From the NCBI RefSeq assembly GCF_030013205.1, contig NZ_CP122648.1: a stretch of DNA of 64,000 nucleotides; one strand, written 5' to 3'. The translations under genes and the position numbers were made by a program. The notes under the pieces are model-generated. The model worked only from the letters and a program-made list of their open reading frames with translations. It was not told the DNA's origin and made no database searches. Of this stretch, positions 30,657-39,826 are shown piece after piece. The stretch is from Escherichia coli. Lineage in GTDB: Bacteria > Pseudomonadota > Gammaproteobacteria > Enterobacterales > Enterobacteriaceae. How positions within the stretch are numbered: position 1 is the first letter of the stretch; every line of letters starts with the position of its first letter.

Positions 30657-31460
30657 GTGCGTATGATTGATATTCATGCCGAATTAAACGAATACAAAAA
30701 AGATTTTATTTCTTTACGTGAATTTCTTGAGGTCGTGCTTAAGGTCGCTGGTGATGATTATGATGTTTCAGATGTCATAACTTGGATACTCAGGAGAATA
30801 AGCGGAGAACATATCCGCCTGTACACAGTAAATGAATTTAAGCTGTTGGAATCTTTTTGTAACCCGTATCGGGATGAATTTGATAATGATGTTCTTTATA
30901 GAAATCTGAATGCGGTTCGGAAACGTGGTTGTTTACCTGGTGAGAGGGATGAAAATGGTTTTCTGGTGTCCGGTTATTGGGAAGATCCCGAATTTGAGAA
31001 CATTGGATTTATAAGGGGTGAAATTTTCGCAATTTTTCCCGATGTCCTTGACGCGTTAACGAAGCTGGAAGGCGCTAACTCTTCTGAAAATGACGAGGCA
31101 CAAGGACGCGATATTGAAAAGAAAGAGTTGCGTACAGAGGATGATTTATTATCCCAAATCGCAATGCTGGAAAAAGAAAACGCAGAGTTAAGGGCAAGGA
31201 TAGAGCAGTTAGAGCAAGAGCGCCCGATACACTTATATAAATACTGGGATAAAGACCCATTAGCTAAGGCTATTGAGATTAGAAACAGAGAGTGGGCCAA
31301 TTACGATCCAGAAAATGATTTTGCCACCAGGGGAAATCAAGAAGCGATAACCAGGGAGCTTAAGCAGTGGGGGGCAAGTAATGCACTTGCAACGCTCATA
31401 GAGAGGACTGCCTGCCCTATTAACCGAGACAACAGCCAAAAGAACGCAAAGCCGGATTAA
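30657..31460 (+). CDS. hypothetical protein, 267 aa, C-terminal coiled coil; orphan cargo gene between int and alpA
   Basis: Complete ORF; predicted coiled coil (LSQIAMLEKENAELRARIEQLEQE); no catalytic motif recognised. Confidence 0.7.
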   Translation: MRMIDIHAELNEYKKDFISLREFLEVVLKVAGDDYDVSDVITWILRRISGEHIRLYTVNEFKLLESFCNPYRDEFDNDVLYRNLNAVRKRGCLPGERDENGFLVSGYWEDPEFENIGFIRGEIFAIFPDVLDALTKLEGANSSENDEAQGRDIEKKELRTEDDLLSQIAMLEKENAELRARIEQLEQERPIHLYKYWDKDPLAKAIEIRNREWANYDPENDFATRGNQEAITRELKQWGASNALATLIERTACPINRDNSQKNAKPD

Positions 31461-31475
31461 CGCACCATACCGCAT

Positions 31476-31619
31476 ACCCTGAGGGTGATTTACTGTTACC
31501 CTGAGGGTATTTTTTTATCTTCCCCGTCAATTTTACCATCACCCTTAGGGTAGATTTCCTCCCGATTACCATCACCCTTAGGGTAGATTTCCTTCCGGTA
31601 ACCATTAGGCCTGAGGGTA
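31476..31619. repeat. five copies of an imperfect palindrome CCCT-n-AGGGTA upstream of alpA
   Basis: Copies at 31476-31486, 31498-31508, 31541-31552, 31574-31585, 31609-31619; a 25-bp unit ACCATCACCCTTAGGGTAGATTTCC occurs twice. Confidence 0.7.
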
Positions 31620-31687
31620 TGAAAATATTCGTTATTTCTGTGCCATGATTACCTCGTCAAATTGAGTAGACGTTATGAGGTAAATAT

Positions 31688-31885
31688 ATGTCAAATACGC
31701 TTATTCGTTTAACAGAAGTTCAGCGTAGAACTGGATATAGCAAGGCATGGATTTATCGCCTTATGGGGCAAGGTAAATTTCCTGCATCAGTTAAAATTGG
31801 CTCGCGAGCTATTGCTTTCGTTGAGAGTGAAATTGACGAGTGGATTAATCAGCGTATTGCGGAATCACGCGGAACAGCTACCTGA
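31688..31885 (+). CDS. alpA: AlpA-family phage transcriptional regulator (MerR-like HTH)
   Basis: 65-aa ORF; VQRRTGYSKAWIYRLM...FPASVKIGSRAIAFVESEIDEWI is the AlpA signature. Confidence 0.85.
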   Translation: MSNTLIRLTEVQRRTGYSKAWIYRLMGQGKFPASVKIGSRAIAFVESEIDEWINQRIAESRGTAT

Positions 31886-31962
31886 TTAAATGGCTACGGG
31901 GCTATTGCCCCCAGCTATCCACCAGCAAATAAAAGTAACTTAATTCGATAGCAGGAGTTTTT

Positions 31963-32763
31963 ATGAAATTTCCAAAAACGCCCGTACAGGGGCGGGGCTT
32001 CGTTCGGCCTGAAAACCAGAATCTGCAAAATTTCGGCGAAATTATCCCGATTATTTCCGGCGTTATTGGCGGGAGTGAAACCACTATTGTTAGCGCCAGA
32101 GCGTTACATAAGGCGTTAGGTGTAGGGCGCGTTTTCCGTTCGTGGATCAAGGGGCGCATTGAAGAATATGGGTTCACGGAAGGCGTGGATTATAAGGTTG
32201 TTGAATATTTGAGCCGACCCGATCCGGTGAGCGCAAAATCTCGCCAGCAAACCGCTCTTGAGTACATCATCACAGTGAACATGGCGAAAGAACTGGCGAT
32301 GGTCGAACGTACCGAACAGGGCCGCGCCGTTCGCCAGTACTTTATCAAATGCGAGGAGGAGCTACACAAGGTTGCGCCTGTTCGTTCCGCAGCGTTACGC
32401 CGGGAACTGAAAGCCCGTATCACAGTTGCCAGCTACTTTAAGCCAATGTGTGCCGCGCTGGAGGCGTACCGGGCTGAACTGGGTAAAAACACACTCCAGC
32501 ACCACTACACCACGGAAGCGAACATGCTGGCGCGTATCGTGCTGGGTGGCATGACTGCAAAACAGTGGGCACTGGCGAACGGCATTACAGGCGAACCACG
32601 CGACCACATGAGCACGTTGCAGCTTGAGCACCTTTCTTACCTTGAGCAGAGCAATATCACGCTGATTGAGTTAGGCCAGGACTACCACCAGCGGAAGGCT
32701 GAATTAATTCGTCTTTCGCAGCGTTGGTTAGCCCGTCGCATGGAGGAAAACAGCCATGTGTAA
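31963..32763 (+). CDS. phage antirepressor-like protein (Bro-N/AntA-type N-terminus)
   Basis: 266-aa ORF; the N-terminal region resembles phage antirepressor proteins. Confidence 0.6.
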   Translation: MKFPKTPVQGRGFVRPENQNLQNFGEIIPIISGVIGGSETTIVSARALHKALGVGRVFRSWIKGRIEEYGFTEGVDYKVVEYLSRPDPVSAKSRQQTALEYIITVNMAKELAMVERTEQGRAVRQYFIKCEEELHKVAPVRSAALRRELKARITVASYFKPMCAALEAYRAELGKNTLQHHYTTEANMLARIVLGGMTAKQWALANGITGEPRDHMSTLQLEHLSYLEQSNITLIELGQDYHQRKAELIRLSQRWLARRMEENSHV

Positions 32764-33237
32764 CGCTCTGACCGTTACAAAAAGAAAAAGCGCCCCGTTG
32801 CCGGAGCGCCTTTGTGAACGAATAGCCTACTGCGCCATATTGCTTACTGTCTACGAGGCAGATTATAGCGTTGTGGTCGCACAGAGTGAAGGCGCTGATC
32901 ACCGTTACTACAGCACACCAGAAATGCAGAATATTTTGCTGCAAAATGTCGTTGGCCACGCTGTCCGGAAAGCAAAAAATTTTGCTGGTGGCGTGACTGA
33001 TACGATTTTTTCTGGTTGCTCGGTGCTGATCAACTTAACCTGGACTTATGTACAACATTGCAACTATTCCTACTTTAAGCTGAATGTAACTTTACCTATA
33101 TCATTAGAGGTATGGTCGCGCTTGACCTCAATTTCACCATTTTGTAGCCCTGCTACAAAAAAATATAAAAGTGTCAATGTTGCTGCAATCAGTAACCATT
33201 TTCCAAAAATATACATTCTTGATTTTACCCTTAATCG

Positions 33238-33411
33238 TCAACCTTTTGGCACGATGCCTCGCTGTTGTAATTCTTTGCGGAGCACTCGTTTAATCCAGGT
33301 AGCTAATGAGGTGTCGCCGTCTGCTTTGGCTGCCTCCTCAAGTTGTGCCCTAAATTCTTCTGGTAGCCGCATTTGGTATGGTGGCGATCGTTTTTCTAAT
33401 GGTGTTGACAT
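33238..33411 (-). CDS. Arc/MetJ-type ribbon-helix-helix DNA-binding protein (57 aa)
   Basis: Manual translation MSTPLEKRSPPYQMRLPEEFRAQLEEAAKADGDTSLATWIKRVLRKELQQRGIVPKG; below the 60-aa ORF-track cutoff; start abuts a palindromic operator. Confidence 0.6.
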   Translation of the reverse strand: MSTPLEKRSPPYQMRLPEEFRAQLEEAAKADGDTSLATWIKRVLRKELQQRGIVPKG

Positions 33412-33451
33412 GGTAATTACCCATAATTACTATAGTTACACGGTAATTACC
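33412..33451. promoter_or_regulatory. putative operator: two perfect GGTAATTACC palindromes 30 bp apart
   Basis: Palindromes at 33412-33421 and 33442-33451 in the divergent region between the Arc-like gene and the 33548 gene. Confidence 0.55.
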
Positions 33452-33547
33452 ATTGTACTTACCATTGCAAAAAAAACAACGCCCCGGACTGCGGGAACAG
33501 TACCAGGGCGTCTAACCACCAACGATAGCGAAAGTATCGAGGTAGCT

Positions 33548-33751
33548 ATGATAAATCATACCACACACCCGCAAGGGCGGGACTCGCACAACCTGAATAA
33601 ATACATCTGGCGTTTTATCGCCCTGAGCACGGCACAACCGCGCGTGATTCACATCGAGGCCACCAGCGAACAGGAAGCCCGCCAGCAATCTCCTGATGGC
33701 TGCGTGATGGTATTCGCTGCCCGTATTCGCCAGGAGGTACGCCATGATTAA
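33548..33751 (+). CDS. hypothetical small protein (67 aa)
   Basis: ATG at 33548 with a GAGG RBS; 8-nt overlap with the next ORF. Confidence 0.55.
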   Translation: MINHTTHPQGRDSHNLNKYIWRFIALSTAQPRVIHIEATSEQEARQQSPDGCVMVFAARIRQEVRHD

Positions 33752-34109
33752 CCTGTCACTTACCGACCTTCACCGCATTCAGTTTGACGAGAAATTTACC
33801 GGGCAGCTACTGGTCCATGTGGAGAACGGGCGCATAGTGCGTAATTACCACCTGCCGGATGGTGCAATTGCCGGAAGCGTTGAAGCATTGCTGGAAATGG
33901 CAGAACGTGCGCGACTGATTAAGCCGTTAACGTGCCATCACGATGATGATCTGCATTTTACCGGACGCATGGTGAGCCATTATGAAAACGGCGTTGAGGT
34001 ATCCCGCGAACGTCTGCGTGATGATTGCTGTTTCGGCACATTGCCGGAATTTATCGAATTGCTGACCGATTGCGGTTATCAGGTAATTCAGAGCAAGACG
34101 CAGGAGTAA
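33744..34109 (+). CDS. hypothetical protein (121 aa)
   Basis: ORF track; operon context upstream of primase. Confidence 0.6.
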   Translation: MINLSLTDLHRIQFDEKFTGQLLVHVENGRIVRNYHLPDGAIAGSVEALLEMAERARLIKPLTCHHDDDLHFTGRMVSHYENGVEVSRERLRDDCCFGTLPEFIELLTDCGYQVIQSKTQE

Positions 34110-34115
34110 AAAACC

Positions 34116-34406
34116 ATGAAAAAGAAAAATTCTGGCTTTACTGCCAGCGGCCCCGCTCGGCCTGAAATCAAACACGGCGATATTTACCGCGACACCAGAC
34201 GTGGGGGACGAGTGGTTATTCGTCACGTTACGCCAGGCAATATCACCTACCGCCGTGAGGCTTACGAATATGACTGCGTAATGCCGCGCCGTCAGTTTGA
34301 GCGTGATTTTATTCTGGTGGAAAACAAACAACAGGCGGTGGCGAGACGTGCAGCCACGAATATTAAAAAAATCCGGGCAATGTTGGTTGCGGGAGGTAAG
34401 AAGTGA
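34116..34406 (+). CDS. hypothetical protein (96 aa)
   Basis: ORF track; 4-nt overlap with the primase start. Confidence 0.6.
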   Translation: MKKKNSGFTASGPARPEIKHGDIYRDTRRGGRVVIRHVTPGNITYRREAYEYDCVMPRRQFERDFILVENKQQAVARRAATNIKKIRAMLVAGGKK

Positions 34407-36208
34407 AAAACGCCCCGAATTTAAAATATCAGCCGAAGGATAAATTCACTGAGGTAATCATTTTTGCCGGGACGGATGCTTACGCCCATGCTCAACACTG
34501 GATTGAAAGCGAAGGACGAAAACACGGCGATAACGTACCACCTGTTTACCTGGGGCCGAAGCAACTGGCAGACCTGGCGAACATCCGCATTATCGACGAA
34601 GGGCGCCGCTTTGCGCGTGTCTATATCGCAGGGGAGATCGAACCAATTCAGATCAACGCTATCGCCGAAAAGCTGGCACTGGCTGGCGTACAGGAGGCGA
34701 AATTATACAAAGGCATCACCGACCGGGAGCCGGAGAACTGGCGCGATTACCTGCAACGGATCCGCGAACAGGCAGAGCGCGGGGAAGTTTCAGCGATGAA
34801 ATTAGTCACAAAAAATAGTGACCTACCCAGGCCAGCACTAAATCAGATGGGAGCCAGCCAGAGAGGGGAAGTATTGCTTGAATATTATGGAAGGGCACTG
34901 GCTATAAATGACGATTCTGATGTAGTTCACCATTACAACGGAATTGTCTGGGAGCCTGTATCTGATAAGGAACTCCAGCGGTCTATGGCGAAGATTTTTA
35001 TTGATGCTGGAATCAGTTATTCGCAAAACGCCATTAAATTTGCCGTAGACACAATGAAATTGAGCCTGCCTGTTATGGGCGGGGCAGACAGGAATCTTAT
35101 TGGATTCAGTAACGGGGTATTTGATACCCGGACAGGAAATTTTCGGGAGCATAACAAAAATGACTGGTTGTTAAATGCCAGTGAATTACCGTTCAGCCCA
35201 CCAGCAGAGGGGGAAACGCTGGCAACACATGCGCCGAATTTCTGGAAGTGGCTGCGTCGTTCGGTGGCAAATAACGATCGTAAAGCGGATCGCGTACTGG
35301 CGGCATTATTCATGGTACTGGCGAACCGGTACGACTGGCAGTTATTCCTTGAGGTAACGGGGCCGGGCGGAAGCGGTAAAAGTGTGATGGCGGAGATTTG
35401 TACCATGCTGGCGGGTAAGGCCAATACAGTATCGGCGAGCATGAAGGCGCTGGAAGACGCGAGGGAACGAGCGTTAGTGGTGGGATATTCTCTGATTATC
35501 ATGCCTGACATGACCCGCTACGCAGGTGATGGTGCTGGGATTAAGGCCATTACAGGCGGTGACAAGGTGGCAATCGACCCGAAACATAAAGCCCCCTACT
35601 CCACACGTATTCCGGCGGTAGTGCTGGCAGTAAACAATAACGCCATGTCATTCAGTGATCGCAGTGGAGGGATCTCGCGTCGTAGGGTGATATTTAATTT
35701 CTCTGAGGTCGTACCGGAGAACGAACGCGATCCCATGCTGGTGGAAAAAATAGAAGGCGAACTGGCGGTAGTGATTCGCCATTTGCTTACACGATTTGCC
35801 GACCAGGACGAAGCGAAAAGACTACTTTATGAGCAGCAAAAATCAGAAGAAGCACTGTTAATAAAGCGTGAAGGTGATTCGCTGGTGGACTTCTGCGGTT
35901 ATCTGATGTCGTTGGTTAAATGTGAGGGGATGATAGTAGGTAATGCAGAAATAGTGCCATTTAGCCCGAGGCGATATCTGTATCATGCTTATTTGGCTTA
36001 TATGTCTGCGCATGGTCTGGGAAAACCGGTATCACTGACACGCTTTGGTACAGATATGCCAGGGGCAATGGCTGAGTACGGAAAGGAGTACAAGCGGGCT
36101 AAATGCACTAAAGGTCCAGATAAAGGGCGAACGATCACAAATGTTCTGTTAGATAAAGATGCTGATGGATGGTTACCAGCAGCGGCAGGCATTAACGACA
36201 GAACATGA
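34403..36208 (+). CDS. phage/satellite-type DNA primase-helicase (P4 alpha / D5-like)
   Basis: 601-aa ORF; Walker A GPGGSGKS; followed directly by an iteron array. Confidence 0.8.
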   Translation: MKNAPNLKYQPKDKFTEVIIFAGTDAYAHAQHWIESEGRKHGDNVPPVYLGPKQLADLANIRIIDEGRRFARVYIAGEIEPIQINAIAEKLALAGVQEAKLYKGITDREPENWRDYLQRIREQAERGEVSAMKLVTKNSDLPRPALNQMGASQRGEVLLEYYGRALAINDDSDVVHHYNGIVWEPVSDKELQRSMAKIFIDAGISYSQNAIKFAVDTMKLSLPVMGGADRNLIGFSNGVFDTRTGNFREHNKNDWLLNASELPFSPPAEGETLATHAPNFWKWLRRSVANNDRKADRVLAALFMVLANRYDWQLFLEVTGPGGSGKSVMAEICTMLAGKANTVSASMKALEDARERALVVGYSLIIMPDMTRYAGDGAGIKAITGGDKVAIDPKHKAPYSTRIPAVVLAVNNNAMSFSDRSGGISRRRVIFNFSEVVPENERDPMLVEKIEGELAVVIRHLLTRFADQDEAKRLLYEQQKSEEALLIKREGDSLVDFCGYLMSLVKCEGMIVGNAEIVPFSPRRYLYHAYLAYMSAHGLGKPVSLTRFGTDMPGAMAEYGKEYKRAKCTKGPDKGRTITNVLLDKDADGWLPAAAGINDRT

Positions 36209-36236
36209 TACGAAATTTATAAGTTGAAACTTAAAA

Positions 36237-36572
36237 GTAGACGGTTGGTAGACAGATACACTTAACCCTCTACCAACCATCTACTAATTAATGTTTTGAA
36301 TTATATAGGTATTTTTAATGTGGTAGAGAGGTGGGCAGTTATTTCTATATTCCTAAACCACGGGGGGTATATAAAAAAACAGATAGTTAAGGGTTCATTT
36401 TTTAAATTTCTCTTTTAACTGTCTACACTGTCTACCATTTAGTAAAAATCATTAATTATCAATGTATTAATGCGGTAGACAGTTAGTAGACAGTTTGCAG
36501 ATTGTTTTTTTGTTATGAGTTAATAACATTAAATAAATCAATCAATTATATCGGTAGACAGTTGGTAGACAG
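36237..36572. repeat. putative replication origin: paired GGTAGACAG iterons flanking an AT-rich segment
   Basis: GTAGACGGTTGGTAGACAG (36237-36255), inverted copy (36268-36284), TGGTAGAGAGGTGGGCAG (36321-36338), inverted pair (36419-36436), GCGGTAGACAGTTAGTAGACAG (36473-36494), TCGGTAGACAGTTGGTAGACAG (36551-36572). Confidence 0.7.
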
Positions 36573-36580
36573 TTGTAACG

Positions 36581-37123
36581 ATGGGGCAAAGCATGACTAA
36601 GCTGACCATTAACAGAAAACCGAAAGGCATTTATGGCACGCCGCAGAAAACGACGCAGGCGGCACAGGAGCAGGATAAAACCACGTCGGCGCATAAAGTG
36701 ATGCCCGGTAACCAGAAAGCGCAGCAGAAGCCCACAGGGGCGACACCGTGGCGGCATATGACCAAGCGCCAGCGCAAAAACCGCAGGCGCATTAACCGCC
36801 TCACTGAGTTGTGGCCTGAATTATTCAGCCGGGAAGCACCGAAGCCGCTTAAGGTGGGGATATTCGACGACCTGATGCAGGATCTCGCCGTCAGGGGGCT
36901 GGCATTCGGTCCAGGGGCATTGCGTGCGACGCTGGCATCTTATGCACAGTGTCCGCGCTATTACCGCGCCTTAATGGCTGGTGGGGTACGCTACGACCTG
37001 AAAGGCCAGCCGTGCGGCGAGGTGACACCACAGGAACAACAGGACGCAGAAACGCGGCTGGTGGCGCTGAATGAGAAGCGCAAACGTCAGCGCCGGGTAG
37101 CAAAGGAGAAAACAGGCGCATGA
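36581..37123 (+). CDS. ProQ/FinO-domain RNA-binding protein
   Basis: PLKVGIFDDL...LRATLASYAQCPRYYRAL...YDLKGQPCGEV parallels ProQ (PLKIGIFQDL...LRSALRLYTSSWRYL...VDLDGNPCGEL). Confidence 0.75.
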   Translation: MGQSMTKLTINRKPKGIYGTPQKTTQAAQEQDKTTSAHKVMPGNQKAQQKPTGATPWRHMTKRQRKNRRRINRLTELWPELFSREAPKPLKVGIFDDLMQDLAVRGLAFGPGALRATLASYAQCPRYYRALMAGGVRYDLKGQPCGEVTPQEQQDAETRLVALNEKRKRQRRVAKEKTGA

Positions 37124-37407
37124 TTCACGACAGCAAAGCGGAAGCACTGGAAGCGCGTGGTCTGTACCGGAGAGCGGCGGCGCGGTGGGCTGAGGTCATC
37201 ATGCTGGCGAATGATGACAAGGCACGGGAACAGGCGGCAAAACGTCGCGCGGAATGTATCCGCAAGGCAGCACGCCCACCAGCACGGCAGGATAATTTCG
37301 GGGAGATGCGCGAAACCATCAGCCGGGCACATGCCGGGATGGGATTACATCAGCCCAATGGTAAGGCATTCAGGAAATACCCTGGATCGAAAAATTGCAG
37401 TCAGTGA
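37120..37407 (+). CDS. PerC-family transcriptional activator-like protein
   Basis: 95-aa ORF; SKAEALEARGLYRRAAARWAEV matches the PerC-family N-terminal signature; ATGA overlap with the upstream gene. Confidence 0.6.
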   Translation: MIHDSKAEALEARGLYRRAAARWAEVIMLANDDKAREQAAKRRAECIRKAARPPARQDNFGEMRETISRAHAGMGLHQPNGKAFRKYPGSKNCSQ

Positions 37408-37608
37408 CGGAGGCCGGGATTTTTCCCGGCTTTTTTGTGCCAGTAAAAAGCCCGCAGCCAGAAGTGTTGCGGGCTTTGTTTTTCAGGTGATTGAAGTCAA
37501 TGGGAAGAACGCGATCATCATGCGTTATTGTTTCATAAATTGCAATGATGTAGATCGTCATTTCAGTTTGTGCAATCATAATCGTTGTTTTGTTCAGGAG
37601 ATATGACT

Positions 37609-37782
37609 ATGAGAAAAGCCAGCGTGAAACCTGTTTTACTCGCTCGTGATCAGATTGAAGCATTACAGCGCATCCAGGACGAGGAACGCCGCAATTCTCC
37701 GCTGGGGATTGCTCCGAGCATTCATGAGGTCGCCCGGCGTTTAATGCAGCGGGCGCTTTATCCCGTAGAACGTCCGGCCTGA
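37609..37782 (+). CDS. hypothetical small protein (57 aa)
   Basis: ATG at 37609, 9 nt after an AGGAG RBS; ORF track 37585..37782. Confidence 0.45.
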   Translation: MRKASVKPVLLARDQIEALQRIQDEERRNSPLGIAPSIHEVARRLMQRALYPVERPA

Positions 37783-37821
37783 TGGTCGTGATTTTTTGGT
37801 GAAAAAAGAGAGGTGGTAAAA

Positions 37822-38400
37822 ATGCCAGCAAGCAAAGAAGATTTGCGATTAAAACTGATGGAGGTGGTTAACGCTCTGTCAGAGTCGCAGGGCAGCACTC
37901 CGCAGGAGATTATCGAAATTCTGAATGCGATCCCCGCACAGGATTTCATAAAAGAGGATAACGCTAATCAAAACATCGTCGCGTCAGTCGAAGATGAATC
38001 CTCACTGGCAGAAGCCCAGGCCAAAGCGGATTCCGCATACAGCAATATGGGCCGTCGAGCTCCGGCCCCGTTTGCTGGTGAAAAGTCGATGGATTACCGC
38101 AAGCGTGCATTAATTGGCGCACAGAAGCTGGCTAAAAAATTCAGTGATGTGGATATTCGTTCCGTTTCAGATTCTGCAACGCTGGCGGTGCTGGAAGATC
38201 AGATTTACAAGGCTGCTCAGGAAAGTGCTCAGTGGGCCGTGGAAAACACGCCGGGTTATTTGACTAAAAAAGTCAGGATGGATGAAGCCGGGCGCCGGAT
38301 TACTGAATATCAGGGGGATCCGAATAACTGGCTTAGTGCTTTCAAAATCCCTCCCCGTCGCCTGGTCAAAATTAACGTTGCAAGCCTCGCGGGGGCATGA
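37822..38400 (+). CDS. hypothetical protein (192 aa)
   Basis: ORF track 37813..38400; ATG at 37822 follows GAGAGGTGG. Confidence 0.65.
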   Translation: MPASKEDLRLKLMEVVNALSESQGSTPQEIIEILNAIPAQDFIKEDNANQNIVASVEDESSLAEAQAKADSAYSNMGRRAPAPFAGEKSMDYRKRALIGAQKLAKKFSDVDIRSVSDSATLAVLEDQIYKAAQESAQWAVENTPGYLTKKVRMDEAGRRITEYQGDPNNWLSAFKIPPRRLVKINVASLAGA

Positions 38401-38464
38401 AAAACGTGCTGATTTCAGCCCTGCCGGATTTGGCGGGGCTTATTGATTATAACCGGGTGACATT

Positions 38465-39148
38465 ATGCTTTTAACAGAAATTGAGGCGGCAAAGCAGATT
38501 CGGGACGGTCAGCTACCGTCGCCTTATCAGTTCTCCAACATGTGGCTGGTTAACCTGCGTATTACAGGGACTGGCATGGCCTACCGCGCCGAAGAAAAAG
38601 AATTTGTCTGGCGTTCACCGCAAACTTATCTCAATCCGCAGTTCCTGGAACGTTGCGCCGGAGTACCCGTCATTATCGACCATCCCGAAGGCAAAACCAT
38701 TGAAGACGTTGGCGAACGGTCGCGCATTATTGGCACCGTCATGTTGCCGTATATTCGCGGTGACGAGGTGTGGGGTGTATGCCGGATTTACGGGCAGGAA
38801 ATCATCGATTACATCCAGAAAGCACGGGGGGAGGTATCCACCAGCCCGTCGGTTGTGTTTTGTGGTGCGTCCGGTGGGGCAGAAGTTCCTGATGTAATGG
38901 GCGAGGACAATTTTTTCATTGAGGGTACGCCATTTCTTATCGATCACGTTGCGCTCGTACCGTTGGGCGTATGGGATAAGGGCGGGAAACCATCAGGTGT
39001 GGAAGTAACAACGCCGACAGAAGAAGAACAGCTCGCCGGAATGGTCCGTGAAGTTATTGATGCGGCCTGCAAGCCAGCTCTGGAAAAACTGGAAGAAATA
39101 TCCGGGCGGCTGGATCAACTGGAAAAAAACAGAGTGAGTGAATCATGA
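38465..39148 (+). CDS. hypothetical protein (227 aa)
   Basis: ORF track; overlaps the next gene by 4 nt. Confidence 0.65.
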   Translation: MLLTEIEAAKQIRDGQLPSPYQFSNMWLVNLRITGTGMAYRAEEKEFVWRSPQTYLNPQFLERCAGVPVIIDHPEGKTIEDVGERSRIIGTVMLPYIRGDEVWGVCRIYGQEIIDYIQKARGEVSTSPSVVFCGASGGAEVPDVMGEDNFFIEGTPFLIDHVALVPLGVWDKGGKPSGVEVTTPTEEEQLAGMVREVIDAACKPALEKLEEISGRLDQLEKNRVSES

Positions 39149-39762
39149 AAATTGCTAAAAACTTAAATCTGATTATCCCTGTGCGCACTGAAAAGGGTAA
39201 TGGCTGGCTCCATGCCACGCCGATCAGCAAAGAGGTGTTTAAAGAGCATTTCTTCATCCTGAGTAAAACCTTTTCTGCCATTTTTTCTGAAGGTCTTGGT
39301 GTTGTTGCGGGTCCGCGCGTTGCCTGCCTTATGCTGGAGAAAATCTCCCGTGACTCCGGTTTATGGGATGGGGAGAAAGGCATACGTAATACGCTCATAA
39401 ACGAAATTATTCGCCTGGCAAACCTTGTTTATCCAGTGGAGGGCAAAGGCTACGACACAATCCCTCTCGATATGGCGCTGGAGCGTGAAATCGTTGATTT
39501 GGACGAAGTGGCGGGTGAACTTGTTTTTTTTACATGCGTCTCGTCGATAAATTCCCCGGAGCAGACGAAGGGGACTATGGATGCGGTGAATGGAATATGG
39601 AGCACTCAATGCTCGTCCTTGAGTCTTACGGAATGGATCGATTCATTGCCGACATTGAAGCCTGCCGTCAGTTCTGGCGCGACGGCGAACACGTCATCAG
39701 CGACATCCTCGACTACTCAGCCGGAGCCGGATTCAGAGACATCTGTGCAGATTCCGGTCTGA
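39145..39762 (+). CDS. hypothetical protein (205 aa), Ser/Thr-rich C-terminus
   Basis: ORF track; translationally coupled to the upstream gene. Confidence 0.65.
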   Translation: MKIAKNLNLIIPVRTEKGNGWLHATPISKEVFKEHFFILSKTFSAIFSEGLGVVAGPRVACLMLEKISRDSGLWDGEKGIRNTLINEIIRLANLVYPVEGKGYDTIPLDMALEREIVDLDEVAGELVFFTCVSSINSPEQTKGTMDAVNGIWSTQCSSLSLTEWIDSLPTLKPAVSSGATANTSSATSSTTQPEPDSETSVQIPV

Positions 39763-39826
39763 ATGTAAAAACAGCAGCTCAGTTTCGTGAGCTGCTCAAA
39801 TTCAAAAATCCCGCAGGAGTATTGTA

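Noticed and set aside
32756-33751. 331-aa plus-strand ORF from the six-frame track
   Set aside because: It spans a gap with no RBS, runs antisense through the Arc-like gene and the palindromic operators, and only its last 67 codons (33548-33751) have a plausible start and RBS. Treated as a read-through artefact.
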